Below are positions 47,676 to 58,133 of a stretch of 64,000 nt of DNA, piece by piece; position 1 is the stretch's first letter; each line of letters opens with the position of its first letter. The notes beneath the pieces are model-generated. The model worked only from the letters and a program-made list of their open reading frames with translations. It searched no databases and was not told the DNA's origin. Source of the stretch: an uncultured Chlamydiae bacterium. Lineage in GTDB: Bacteria > Chlamydiota > Chlamydiia > Chlamydiales > JAJFMA01. The position numbers and the translations under genes are program-made. Location of the stretch: positions 2,816,001 through 2,880,000 of the forward strand of contig CAVQMM010000001.1 of the NCBI GenBank assembly GCA_963713615.1, read 5' to 3'.

Positions 47676-49220
47676 TTATTCGGCAGTGGGGGCTGATGAG
47701 GTGGATGAGGCCTTTGCTTGTCGCCTGGCGGCAGCCCAAGCGTCGGGCAGAAGCTCGTGAAGTTTTTGAGAATTATGGGCTGGCAGGCGCCTCATCACAT
47801 CCTCTAGGTATTCGTGGGGGTTGACTCCTATCGCGCGGCAGGTCTGTACCAGGCTTAGCAGTACGGCGGAAGCTTCCCCACCCTCCTCGCTTCCAATAAA
47901 CATCCAGTTCTTGCGGCCAATAGCTAGAGGGCGTATCGCTCGCTCCGCTACATTGTTGTCGAGACGCGCAAATGCATGTTGGGTGTAGTTTTTCAGATGG
48001 GGAATTAAGCTGCAATAATAGCCTAGAGCCTCCCTTAGATTCGATTTGGGAAGAGCCTTGCCATTAACCAGCCGGTCCTTGATGCGTGCAGTCAGCTCAT
48101 CTATTATTGGAGCTTCTTTCTCTTGTCTTATCCGCAGGCGTTCCTCTGGAGAACGTTCCCAAGCAACTCTCTCTAACATAAATAGATATTTTATCTTGCG
48201 CAGTACCCAGCTAACAAATTTTTTATCGCCACCTACAGCGTCGAAAAACTTGCGCCGAATGTGACTCCAGCATGGACACCAAGTGAATTGCTTCTTATTA
48301 GCCAGTGCTTCATAGGCTCCATATTTATCCGAATGGACAACACCTTTATATCCAGCTAGTATTTCCACAGCATGCTTGTGGCAGCGGTCCGTGCGAAAAT
48401 GATAGACTCGATAAGGCGGATTTTTTTCCTGCCCTCCAACGATCACCCACATAAAAGCCTGGTGCACCTTTCCCTTACCAGGGACAAGCATGTCCACAGG
48501 AGATTCGTCCACAAAAACATTGTTGCTGCTGAGCACGCGAGCAATCATTTCTTCATATAGCGCCTTTAAGGCATATCCACAGCGCATTACCCACTTGCAA
48601 AGTATTTGTCGGCTGATGAGAATGCCCTCGCGAGCTAAGATTTCCGATTGACGAAATAAAGGAAGGTGATCGGCGAATTTTTTCACGATCACACTGGCTA
48701 AAAGACTCTCATCGGCTTGACAGCGAGGAAAAATGCTATCTGGTAAATCTGCGATAAAAACGCCCTCTTCACTATGTGCTCTACATGCATACTTGGGACG
48801 TACTAGCTCCTTGACGTAGTAGCTACCTGGCGTATGCGCTATTTTGTGAGTGACTTCTTCGCCAATTTTGACGAGGGCTTCACCCGTTGTAGGGCAAACT
48901 TTTTGATCCTCTGGCAAATCTAAAATACAGCGTTGAACGGGAATATTGTCTGGAAGCGTAATTTTATCTTTGCCATTGCGCCCCTGCTTAACCCGTCGAT
49001 GAGCAGGCACATTTATTGTCTCTTTTTGCTCTTCGGAACCAAGATTTTCGAAACCTTCCAGGTAGAGTTGTTGACCGCCATCGTCGACTACTTTTTCCGA
49101 ACGTTTCCCAAAAATCTGACGCCTAAACCATTCAAGCTGCTCCTTGAGAAAGCTATTCTCATTTCGCAGGGAATAAATTTCCGATTGAAGCTGTTCTAGT
49201 GATAGTGTTGAGGTTTCCAT
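47676..49220 (-). CDS. tnpC: IS66 transposase TnpC
   Basis: FGKRSEK, KFADHLPLFRQ, VDESP, CWSHIRRKF, DNNVAERAIR, GRKNWMF, LHELLP. Confidence 0.95.
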   Translation of the reverse strand: METSTLSLEQLQSEIYSLRNENSFLKEQLEWFRRQIFGKRSEKVVDDGGQQLYLEGFENLGSEEQKETINVPAHRRVKQGRNGKDKITLPDNIPVQRCILDLPEDQKVCPTTGEALVKIGEEVTHKIAHTPGSYYVKELVRPKYACRAHSEEGVFIADLPDSIFPRCQADESLLASVIVKKFADHLPLFRQSEILAREGILISRQILCKWVMRCGYALKALYEEMIARVLSSNNVFVDESPVDMLVPGKGKVHQAFMWVIVGGQEKNPPYRVYHFRTDRCHKHAVEILAGYKGVVHSDKYGAYEALANKKQFTWCPCWSHIRRKFFDAVGGDKKFVSWVLRKIKYLFMLERVAWERSPEERLRIRQEKEAPIIDELTARIKDRLVNGKALPKSNLREALGYYCSLIPHLKNYTQHAFARLDNNVAERAIRPLAIGRKNWMFIGSEEGGEASAVLLSLVQTCRAIGVNPHEYLEDVMRRLPAHNSQKLHELLPDAWAAARRQAKASSTSSAPTAE

Positions 49221-49302
49221 ATGCTCTAAATCATATCACAGACCCCCTCTATTATCAAGTATTTTATCTAATAAAATGCACATTGTTTTTAGGATTTTAG
49301 GC

Positions 49303-49884
49303 TCAATGACTACTCTCCAACAACATTAGAAATTCTCGACGATCGATAGCGGAATCTGGAATGCTTCCATTGCGAAAACTTCCTTTTTCAAGTCGCTTGT
49401 ACCAGACGGCATGACCATTACCATCCCAGTAAAAGACCTTCACTAGATTTCTACGACGATTTAAAAAAACGAAGTAGGCCCCGCAGGTAAATTCGCCCGA
49501 GAACGAACTGTCAACAAGATTGCTCAAGCACTCAAATCCCTTTCGCATATCGATCGGCTCTTGATAGAGAAAGACACCCTTGTTTTTCTGATATGACGAC
49601 CTCAGAGTTTTGCTCGCAGACTTTAGGGTTAGATAGACGCTCTTCTGATCAAGCGAAAGCTTGAGCTCGGGCAGGGTAATGTCTATCCAACCCGTCGAGG
49701 AAATGTGGTCGGGCGGGCTAACTTTAAAGCGTTGGTACCAGTACAAGAGCTGCTGGTAGCTTATATTGTTCTCTAGGCACCACCTGCGGCCACTCTGACC
49801 GCTCGCCATCCATTGGTCTATGCGTCGAGCCCACTCAGAACGCTTCCTTTTGAAATCCATTAGTATCTCCATGGTTAGGGTCAT
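49303..49884 (-). CDS. IS66 accessory protein, TnpA-TnpB fusion
   Basis: N-terminal WMASGQSGRRWC...LLYW (TnpA-like HTH) in frame with IDMRKGF...FVFLNRRR...KVFYWDGNG...KRLEKGSF (TnpB). Confidence 0.8.
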   Translation of the reverse strand: MTLTMEILMDFKRKRSEWARRIDQWMASGQSGRRWCLENNISYQQLLYWYQRFKVSPPDHISSTGWIDITLPELKLSLDQKSVYLTLKSASKTLRSSYQKNKGVFLYQEPIDMRKGFECLSNLVDSSFSGEFTCGAYFVFLNRRRNLVKVFYWDGNGHAVWYKRLEKGSFRNGSIPDSAIDRREFLMLLESSH

Positions 49885-50005
49885 GGAGAAAACTTAGAAC
49901 CTCGCGGAATTACGAAAAAGGTGGCTTCAATTGACGCTTACGTCGCGAGCGACACGCACTCCAAAGCGCTTTGCGCCGAGCCACGATTGTGAGCGTTTTA
50001 ATGAT

Positions 50006-50038
50006 AAAAAAAAGGGACCTCCGAAGAGGTCCCTTTTT
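50006..50038 (-). terminator. Rho-independent terminator of the outer-membrane protein gene (bidirectional)
   Basis: A8-GGGACCTC-CGAA-GAGGTCCC-T5. Confidence 0.85.
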
Positions 50039-50062
50039 AAACTAAGCTCTGATCCGTGAGGA

Positions 50063-51502
50063 CTAGAACGCGTAGATTGCCGCTAGTTTAAAGCGGTTGT
50101 AGTTCAGCTTGCCACCAATAGCCTTGTTGGTAGCAACTGCCATTTGGAAGGATGCGTCGAGGGACAGATCGTCCGTCACAGCATACAGACCTTCAATCTT
50201 CCAACCTTTGTAGTTAGCGTTACCACGGGAGTTGGCTGCGATGCCACCAGGCTGAGTCGTACCGCCATCAAGAAGTTGAGTCAGTTGTTGCTTCAAGACG
50301 TTGCCACGGCCAATGCCTGACACATCAGGATCAGGTACGCACTGTGCTTGTACGTATTGGTAGTTAATATCTACGGACCAGTCACCTTCGCGGCTGACTT
50401 CACCGAAAGTTGCACCAACATACCAACCGAAGTTCTGTCTTTGATTGTTGGTGAACTGTTGCCCTTTTGCTGCACTATTGTACAAGAACGCACCATAGAG
50501 CTTCGAAGGCATGCACAAAATTTCTGGGTCGAAATGGTAGTAACCTAAGAACTGGCTAACTTGGAACTGCCATGCTTCTGGATGACCAATAAATGCACGG
50601 TTGGTGCCTTTTTTCTGCCAGTCGATGAAGGAGTATTTAAAGTCCAAGCCCGTGTCACAAATGTTCAACAAGCCAGCTTCAACAGCCCAACCAAAATGGT
50701 TACCTCTTTCGTCGATTACGAAGCCAGCAAGGCTAAGATAAGCGTCTGAGCAGCAATCCATTTGTGTGCCATAACGGAACAAAAGACCGTCAAATTGGCA
50801 GTTGAATTCAACGCGGCTGTCGAACACGTCGTAGAAACGGCGACGACCACATTCAACGTCTAAGCGAGTGCAGCCATCTGTACAGATGTTATATCCGATA
50901 TAAGCTTTTCTCAAGCAAATATCGCTGCAGGAACCACTACCGAATGGGCCATGGTTGTTGAACGGTTGGCAATTAAAGCCAGTCAAAGGGTTTTGCTGAA
51001 TTAATTGGTCGCCTTCAACAACTTTGCCAGATTCTTGCACGCCCATTGAGTTGTCGAACTGTAACGAAGCAACAGCCCAGGTACGGTCGCATTTGTAGTC
51101 AAAATTTAAATTAAATTCGACGTCAAAATCACACCGGGTAATGCGATCACCGGTGTTTGTACCACCGATGTTCTCACCTGTCGTCGGATCAAGAATAGGC
51201 AGGTTACCGGAGCAATCTCTTGCATGGCCGCCACGCAGCTTATAGCCGTTGATTTTTTCATTGATATTGGCATACTCAACGCGCACGTCGCCGCTGATTG
51301 CCAAATTGCAGGCTTTTTCTTGTAGTTGAATGGTACGCTTGCTCTGAATGAACTCTACGACAGCGTCGAAGTCATTCTCATCAAGGTCATCCTTTATGCT
51401 ATTCACACAGCCGCATGCGCCAAAGACCGCGGAAGCAGAGAAGCTCACCGCCGCCAATACTGCAGGCAACACAAACCTGAAAAGCTTCATTGCACTCTCC
51501 AT
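50063..51502 (-). CDS. Cys-rich chlamydial-type outer-membrane beta-barrel protein (putative porin)
   Basis: Signal peptide; ISGDVR, FDVEFNL, GRGN, NYKGW motifs; C-terminal AIYAF aromatic BAM signal; 18 Cys counted. Confidence 0.8.
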   Translation of the reverse strand: MESAMKLFRFVLPAVLAAVSFSASAVFGACGCVNSIKDDLDENDFDAVVEFIQSKRTIQLQEKACNLAISGDVRVEYANINEKINGYKLRGGHARDCSGNLPILDPTTGENIGGTNTGDRITRCDFDVEFNLNFDYKCDRTWAVASLQFDNSMGVQESGKVVEGDQLIQQNPLTGFNCQPFNNHGPFGSGSCSDICLRKAYIGYNICTDGCTRLDVECGRRRFYDVFDSRVEFNCQFDGLLFRYGTQMDCCSDAYLSLAGFVIDERGNHFGWAVEAGLLNICDTGLDFKYSFIDWQKKGTNRAFIGHPEAWQFQVSQFLGYYHFDPEILCMPSKLYGAFLYNSAAKGQQFTNNQRQNFGWYVGATFGEVSREGDWSVDINYQYVQAQCVPDPDVSGIGRGNVLKQQLTQLLDGGTTQPGGIAANSRGNANYKGWKIEGLYAVTDDLSLDASFQMAVATNKAIGGKLNYNRFKLAAIYAF

Positions 51503-51927
51503 TTTTTGCTTATGGTTTAATTTTTCGATAATGTCTTAGCTAACTCAGCTAGTCCCACCTTACTGCGTCCTAGACGTTATCTCGAGGTGATTTTGTGATC
51601 CCGTTCCTCATATTGCGTGTACCTCAATGAAGCACTAAACTATATATATAGGAATAGTAACACTTTTTGTAAACACCTTTTGTATTCCTTTCTTTCGTCA
51701 TCATTACCGTTTTCGGATAGGCTTACCAGAATCTATACACTTAAACTACAACTTATTGCTGCTGTTTTAGTGCTACGTTCTGGGCCGTCCTTAAACAAGG
51801 TTTTCTTCCGCTTGCAAGAAACTACGCAAAGTTGACACAAGTATTTAAAGTTTTTCCCTGATTTAGTCAAGGTTCTTCGTTAAAAAGACCAAAATTCTTT
51901 GTTTTTTGCTTTACCACATCCTGTAGC

Positions 51928-54891
51928 CTAACTTCGATATTCACTGGGATTGGTAAAAATACCCCATGTTAGGTCATGCCGGCTGCCGTCTAACCAGTGC
52001 TTCCAAGAGCTCATGGGTGAACCCACCGTGCCAGTATCGTCAACGCGCCATAGTTCAAAATTGCCCGTACCGGGATTAACTGCAAAGGCAAAGAAGTCTG
52101 TGACCCAGTTGGTATCGGCAAAAATTAATGGCGCCGGCATGGCATAACCGAGCTCTTGAGCTGCTTGGGCGACTTCTCGATGGTAGTTCGCTGCTGTCTG
52201 AGGTCCCTTGACAATACATAGGAGAGCTTTGATGATGTTCTGCAATTCAAGCGCCGTGACGGCATTGGGAGTTGGCGCCTCCCGTGCTATCTGGCTGTAG
52301 AGGTCGCTTACTTGCTGTCGCTCTTTTGAGGTTAGGCTTACAATGCGTTCAACAATTTCGGTAAGGCGTCTTTCTAGATCGTATCCACGAGTTAGTGGGA
52401 GTGATTTGAATAAAAAACTATCCATTTCTTCATAGCTGATCATTGGTCTGCCAAAGGGCCTTAGCTTTGATGAGCGACCGATTTCTTTCACTACATATTC
52501 TCGGAATTCCATAGCCGTTAACTTTCCCGGAAGGCTATAGAAAACATCGCGGTAGGCTGCTCGATATTCTAAAGGCACGGCTTCTTGCTCTAAGACTTCC
52601 ACTAAGTGGCTGATGAAGTCGCGGTCGAGGTATTGCTCTACAGCAAAACGTTTTGCCGGTAGAAAAATTTGGTCCCTTACCCATGTATAGGTGAATGTTT
52701 TATCGGGAACTGCTCGCTTGAAGAGGTCAAAGCCTGGTTTGAATAGGAATGCATGAGTGGGTGAATGCATCAGCATAGATTTGTGGGAATCTTTAAGATA
52801 AACATCGGCTACGTTAGCCGGCATTTTCTTGACGAGATCCAGAAAAAACACAGCTAGTTCCATTTCGTTTTCCACCCAGCGCTCGGAGGATGTATGCTGA
52901 TCACTGCGAAAATAGCAGCTGACCAGTGTTTCCATATTTCCACCAGAGGTGTAGGCCCAGGGTTTTTTCTCTATCTTATCGAGGTGCTGCAGGGGATTTT
53001 TGACCATGTGTCCGCCCTGTGCAGCAGCCATGCGGTAGAGAGCACTTTCTATGAACTGAACCGTTCTTACGTGGCTGACGACAGCGGTGATGATGTAGCC
53101 CAAATCCTCTTCAATTCCCTCAAGCTCAGCGCTGTCACGTAGAATGCTTTCGGTTGAAGTGAAAAAGGCAGACAGGGCTTCAGAGTATTGAACATGATTA
53201 TAAATGCGCGTCCATAATGCCGTATTGGAGCGTCCATGCTTATAAAGTAAACGAAATCCGGCAGGGCTGTCATCATATGGACCCACATCGACATCATGAA
53301 GATCAGCGTCGTACACTTCTTGGAAGTAGGTAGGAAACAGTTCTAAATAAAGATTATGCAGGACCGCATAAAGATTAGAATAACGATTAGCCTTTTGTTG
53401 CGCCTTATTGCGCAGGGTTTCCAGAGTATAAAATTCGTTTCTCTTGGTTTGGTACTCGATATTGAGCCACTTCGCTTCCTGTTCTGTGTGAGCTCGTCTA
53501 ATACGCCCTTCAAGATATTTCAGCTGAATGTATTCCGTTTCGTACTCATCTTGGTGTTTTTGTACTGAACGATTCGCTTCTTCAAGCCTCTGTTGGATGA
53601 TCTGGTTTAAACAGGAGGCAATTCCTCCGGGTTCATTAGCGCCGAGGCCTAGACTGGAGTAAAGATTCCATTTAGTAAAATTTGCCTTGGTTTCAGCAAA
53701 GGAAGCCACGGTAAATTCCCAAACACGTAGTAGTGCATTGTCAGTAATGCCCTTAAAAGCATTACATGCTATTTCGAAATCAGCCAGACAATGGGCACAG
53801 CGTTCACTTTTAGATGAGCTATCTATATGGCTGCGAGTGACCTGCATCATCAAGTTACTTTGAAGCATGGGTTTTGGACGATTTTCGTAGTCGATCAGGT
53901 CCTGGCGGGTAAGGTTATAATGAATCATTAGAACGCGTTTCAGAAGTTCTTCAGCGCTAGCGACAACGTAGGGCTGTTCACCTTCCCAAACCCCCAATGT
54001 ACTAGCCACAAGTTTCTTTATTTCCTCCGTTGCGGCATCTACCTCAACGTCAGGCTTAATAAGCTCTACAGCCCTTAAAGCTGCCAGGATACCTGGCGAT
54101 TTCCACATGTTATTACCTGAATGACCAATCTCACGCCAGATGCCAAAGCGTTTACGAAGATCGCCTGCTCCCCATGTGGAACTAATCGGCGCGTTATACT
54201 GTGTACCCCCATAGGTTCGTCTGAGTCGCCCAGTGCTTAATAGATCATCGATATCCTGAAGAAATTGCCTCGGTTGTTCGTCATGGACAATGATGGAAGG
54301 GGCTGTAGCAAAGCATGACCCAACGTTTTGGCGCAGATAGCATAGCCAAGCGGCCAGGGCAGCTTGCCGGGCATGAGTATCTGTTGTAATGGTTCCTTCA
54401 GGAATCTGAAGTGTATCGCGAATGACATGGTCCGCTATGCGGTTGTTTGCAGGCTTGCCAATCTTAAGAAGAAGCAGACGTAAGTCTTTCTGGCTTCGAA
54501 GTTCTCGTATAACATTTAAAATATGTTCTTGTCGTCGAGCGTCGTGTTGACGCTCGGGTCCGAGCGAGTATAGTCGTTTCTGGAGCGCCATTTCGACCTG
54601 TTGGAGCCTTTTATCGACCAGTTCGCCCTTTTCATTGATTAAATATATTGCCAATGCTCGTGTTCTTAGCACATTACGCACAGAACACGATTCCTGAATT
54701 CCCGTTACCTTAAGGCGCTCTGTTAAGTCGAGGTATTCTCTTCCCAGAATATCGCCCAGCAGCGGATCTTCCGCCTTCCAGACTTCATGGTTTTGTCGAG
54801 CCGTGGTCTGGAAAATGCGAGCATAGAATTCCGGATGGGTGATCGGAACCTCAATGGTGGTCAGCAGAGACTTTAGTTGTGCAGGGTCCAC
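51928..54891 (-). CDS. Large conserved hypothetical protein of chlamydial type
   Basis: 987 aa; LRQNVGSCFATAP, FRLLYKHGR, KPWAYTSGG, SPTHAF, IFADTNW blocks look conserved; function unknown. Confidence 0.75.
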   Translation of the reverse strand: MDPAQLKSLLTTIEVPITHPEFYARIFQTTARQNHEVWKAEDPLLGDILGREYLDLTERLKVTGIQESCSVRNVLRTRALAIYLINEKGELVDKRLQQVEMALQKRLYSLGPERQHDARRQEHILNVIRELRSQKDLRLLLLKIGKPANNRIADHVIRDTLQIPEGTITTDTHARQAALAAWLCYLRQNVGSCFATAPSIIVHDEQPRQFLQDIDDLLSTGRLRRTYGGTQYNAPISSTWGAGDLRKRFGIWREIGHSGNNMWKSPGILAALRAVELIKPDVEVDAATEEIKKLVASTLGVWEGEQPYVVASAEELLKRVLMIHYNLTRQDLIDYENRPKPMLQSNLMMQVTRSHIDSSSKSERCAHCLADFEIACNAFKGITDNALLRVWEFTVASFAETKANFTKWNLYSSLGLGANEPGGIASCLNQIIQQRLEEANRSVQKHQDEYETEYIQLKYLEGRIRRAHTEQEAKWLNIEYQTKRNEFYTLETLRNKAQQKANRYSNLYAVLHNLYLELFPTYFQEVYDADLHDVDVGPYDDSPAGFRLLYKHGRSNTALWTRIYNHVQYSEALSAFFTSTESILRDSAELEGIEEDLGYIITAVVSHVRTVQFIESALYRMAAAQGGHMVKNPLQHLDKIEKKPWAYTSGGNMETLVSCYFRSDQHTSSERWVENEMELAVFFLDLVKKMPANVADVYLKDSHKSMLMHSPTHAFLFKPGFDLFKRAVPDKTFTYTWVRDQIFLPAKRFAVEQYLDRDFISHLVEVLEQEAVPLEYRAAYRDVFYSLPGKLTAMEFREYVVKEIGRSSKLRPFGRPMISYEEMDSFLFKSLPLTRGYDLERRLTEIVERIVSLTSKERQQVSDLYSQIAREAPTPNAVTALELQNIIKALLCIVKGPQTAANYHREVAQAAQELGYAMPAPLIFADTNWVTDFFAFAVNPGTGNFELWRVDDTGTVGSPMSSWKHWLDGSRHDLTWGIFTNPSEYRS

Positions 54892-54985
54892 AGGAAACCT
54901 AAACCTATTTTTTGTGATACTACCATATTTTGGCTTGTCAGTGCATCCTTTCCCTATCGAAGTCTTGGCGAATGTAATCTGCTCT

Positions 54986-55331
54986 AGGAATTTTCACCGT
55001 CGAGGCGCATAGAAGCTCGTGGGGCTTTTTTAGGATTTTTACCGCCGAGGCGCCGAGACAGGAGAGAGAGGATTAGGAAAGACTGTGCCGTTTGTGTGTC
55101 CTTGGGCAAAATTCTGCCCAAGGACACACAAACAGCACAGGTGCTCAATCTAACTTTTTTGAGGACCTGTTCAGTTACTACCGACTCTGGACAAAGTCCT
55201 GTCTAAGGGCACTACGGAATCGTATTTTTGCGAGAACCCTTAGACTGGATTTTGTCCAGAGTCGGTAGTAACTGAACAGTCTTTCCTAATCCTCTCTCTC
55301 CTATCTCGGCGCCTCGGCGGTGAAAATTCCT
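54986..55331. repeat. Composite multi-hairpin palindromic element, copy 2
   Basis: Same internal hairpins as 17566-17926, with more complete outer IRs. Confidence 0.85.
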
Positions 55332-55421
55332 AATTCTCCTAGGGGCACACAAGGGACTTTTCTTTTGACGAGAGATAGATTACAATTTGCATATCGAGAC
55401 CGTAAAACCCGATTAGGAATT

Positions 55422-57359
55422 ATGTTTATCAAATTAAAAGATGGTGCTTTGGTAGAAATTGCCGAAGGCAGCACGGCACAGGATTTAGCAAAAAAATTGA
55501 ATCTCAATGGGCCCGCCCAAGCCTTGGCTGCTAGCGTCAATGGCGTTACACGAGACTTGAGCCATGCTCTGCAGGATGGCGATACAGTTATCTTGTGGAA
55601 TTTTGATGATCCTCAAGGCAAGGAAGTTTTCTGGCACACGTCAGCGCACGTATTGGCTCAGGCAATCTTGCGTCTTTGGCCCGATGCCAAACCTACCATA
55701 GGCCCCCCTATCGATAATGGCTTCTACTATGATTTTGCTAATCTAACGATTTCCGACGAGGATTTCGGCAAGATTGAAGAAACCATGAAAGCCATTATAG
55801 CCGAAAACTACAAAAGCCAACGCGAAGTCTTTGCCTCCAAAAATGATGCTTTAGCAGCCTTCAGCAACAATCCCTATAAAGTCGAATTAATAAATAGTTT
55901 CGATACTTCCGAACCTTTAACAGGTTATCGTCAGGGTGAATTCTTCGACTTATGCCGCGGACCCCACCTTCCTGCCTTAGGAAAAATAAAAGCCTTGAAG
56001 GTGATGAAAACCTCTGGAGCCTACTGGCGGGGTGATTCGAAAAACGAGATGTTAACGCGTATTTACGCAACAACTTTCCCCGACCGCAAGTTGCTCAATG
56101 ACTACCTTACATGGATTGAGGAAGCAAAAAAGCGCGATCACAAGGTCCTAGGGCCTAGATTGGACCTTTTTTCGTTGAAGGAAGAGGCTCCTGGCATGCC
56201 TTTCATTCATCCAGCAGGCATGATCATCTGGAATCACCTGAACGACTACTGTCGCGAAACATGGCGCAACAACGACTATGTTGAGATCAAAACACCTTGC
56301 ATGATGAGCCGTGAATTATGGGAGCGGTCGGGTCATTGGCAAAACTATCTCCACAATATGTTTGCAATTAAAATTGAAGACCGTGACGTCGCTGTAAAAC
56401 CGATGAATTGCCCCGGTGGCATGCTTTTCTACCGCAGTCATGTTCATAGCTATCGTGATCTGCCTTACCGAGTGGGTGAGATCGGTAACGTACACCGCTA
56501 CGAGCCCTCAGGAGCCCTATCAGGCCTCATGCGTGTCAGAAGCTTCCATCAGGATGATGCTCACATTTTTATGCGTCCTAGCGATATAGAGAATGAAATT
56601 CTCAACGTACTAAAGTTGGCTGATGAAATTTACACCACCTTCGGTCTACACTATCACCTAGAGCTATCAACCAAGCCTGAAAAAAATACCATAGGGTCTG
56701 ACGAAGATTGGGAACACGCTACCACATGTCTCCAGAAGGCTCTAGAACGTGCAGGACGTCCCTTTAGAATTAATGTAGGTGATGGCGCTTTCTATGGTCC
56801 TAAAATAGATTTTCATATTCGCGATGCCCTCAACCGCACCTGGCAATGTGGAACGATTCAATTAGACATGGCGCTCCCAGAAAAATTTGACTTGGAATAC
56901 ACAGAAGAAGATGGCACGCGTCAGCGTCCTGTGATGATTCATAGGGCCTTGTTAGGCTCTATAGAACGTTTCTTCGGTATCCTCATCGAACACTTTGCTG
57001 GTCGCTTTCCTTTGTGGCTAAGCCCTCGTCAAGTACGCGTCCTCACCGTAGCGGATCGACACCTTCCCTTTGCTGAAGATCTTTGCGCCAAAATCAAAAA
57101 GCAAGGTTTCTACGTTACCGTCGATCACTCTGGTGAATCGATGAGTAAGAAGGTGCGCAATGCACAGCTCGATCAGGTCAACTACATCTTCACCATTGGA
57201 GATCGTGAGCAGGAGAACGGCACAGCGACGCTTAGAACTCGCGATAATGTTGTACATGGTGAGGTTCACATAGATGAATTCCTGCAAAAGATCGATGAGG
57301 AACGACGTCAGCGCAGCTTAGTATCTGCCTATGGGTCACAAGAAGGCATGAAGGAGTAA
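55422..57359 (+). CDS. thrS: Threonyl-tRNA synthetase
   Basis: TGS domain; WHTSAHVLAQA, DLCRGPH, KPMNCP, GAFYGPKIDF, WQCGTIQLD, HRALLGSIERF; ATG at 55422. Confidence 0.98.
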   Translation: MFIKLKDGALVEIAEGSTAQDLAKKLNLNGPAQALAASVNGVTRDLSHALQDGDTVILWNFDDPQGKEVFWHTSAHVLAQAILRLWPDAKPTIGPPIDNGFYYDFANLTISDEDFGKIEETMKAIIAENYKSQREVFASKNDALAAFSNNPYKVELINSFDTSEPLTGYRQGEFFDLCRGPHLPALGKIKALKVMKTSGAYWRGDSKNEMLTRIYATTFPDRKLLNDYLTWIEEAKKRDHKVLGPRLDLFSLKEEAPGMPFIHPAGMIIWNHLNDYCRETWRNNDYVEIKTPCMMSRELWERSGHWQNYLHNMFAIKIEDRDVAVKPMNCPGGMLFYRSHVHSYRDLPYRVGEIGNVHRYEPSGALSGLMRVRSFHQDDAHIFMRPSDIENEILNVLKLADEIYTTFGLHYHLELSTKPEKNTIGSDEDWEHATTCLQKALERAGRPFRINVGDGAFYGPKIDFHIRDALNRTWQCGTIQLDMALPEKFDLEYTEEDGTRQRPVMIHRALLGSIERFFGILIEHFAGRFPLWLSPRQVRVLTVADRHLPFAEDLCAKIKKQGFYVTVDHSGESMSKKVRNAQLDQVNYIFTIGDREQENGTATLRTRDNVVHGEVHIDEFLQKIDEERRQRSLVSAYGSQEGMKE

Positions 57360-57364
57360 TAAAA

Positions 57365-58123
57365 ATGGCCAAATGTACAATAGCCATTAGTAGTTTCAAA
57401 GGTGGCACAGCCAAAACCTCAACAGCTCTACATGTGGGAGCTGCATTGGCCAAATTTCACAAAAAGAAGGTCTTGCTGATCGATTTCGATGCTCAAGCCA
57501 ATCTTACATCTGGTCTCGGTTTTGATCCTGATACCGCGGATAGCCTGGCTCCCGTCTTGCAAGGCACAAAACAGATACAAGACGTCATCCTCAAAACCAA
57601 AGTTAAGAATCTTGACCTCGTACCTGGCGACACATGGCTGGAAAGGGTAGAGGTTACCGGACCGCTAGCTGCCGATCGCTATTCTCATGAACGTCTTCGC
57701 GAGATCATTAGTCCGTTAAAATATGATTTTGTCATTATCGATACCCCTCCATCACTATGTTGGTTGACAGAATCAGCCATGATCGCTGCCAAGTACTCCC
57801 TCGTATGTGCTACACCTGAATTTTACAGTGTCAAAGGCTTGGAACGGCTGGGGCAGTTTATTGAAAGCATTGGACAACGTCATCCCATGGATGTTTTAGC
57901 CGTGATCCTTTCCTTCTGGAATGAGCGTGGCAAGAGCAATATAGCATTCCTGGACGTCATCGAGAAGGTCTTTCCTGGAAAAACCCTAGAAGCACGTGTG
58001 CGTCGAGATATTAAGGTTTCCGAAGCCTGTATTTATGGACAACCACTTTTCGAAACGGCTCCAACCAGCCGTGCGGCTGAAGATTACCGCATGGTCACAA
58101 AAGAACTTTTGCAGAGAGTATAG
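57365..58123 (+). CDS. parA: ParA/MinD-family ATPase (chromosomal pGP5-D-like)
   Basis: Deviant Walker A FKGGTAKTS; IDFDAQAN; IDTPP. Confidence 0.9.
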   Translation: MAKCTIAISSFKGGTAKTSTALHVGAALAKFHKKKVLLIDFDAQANLTSGLGFDPDTADSLAPVLQGTKQIQDVILKTKVKNLDLVPGDTWLERVEVTGPLAADRYSHERLREIISPLKYDFVIIDTPPSLCWLTESAMIAAKYSLVCATPEFYSVKGLERLGQFIESIGQRHPMDVLAVILSFWNERGKSNIAFLDVIEKVFPGKTLEARVRRDIKVSEACIYGQPLFETAPTSRAAEDYRMVTKELLQRV

Positions 58124-58133
58124 GGAGAACGAA

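Larger units (their letters stand above)
47647..49941 (-). mobile_element. IS66-family insertion sequence
   Basis: IR GTAAGCGTCAATTGA; 8-bp TSD GTCGCGAG (47639-47646, 49942-49949). Confidence 0.95.
47463..49993. repeat. REP doublet, family A, interrupted by IS66
   Basis: 47463-47646 joined to 49950-49993 rebuilds a full hairpin nearly identical to 25008-25223. Confidence 0.85.

Noticed and set aside
55320..55421. N-terminal extension of ThrS in the ORF track
   Set aside because: It begins inside the palindromic element; ATG 55422 with an AGGA RBS gives a normal TGS-domain start.
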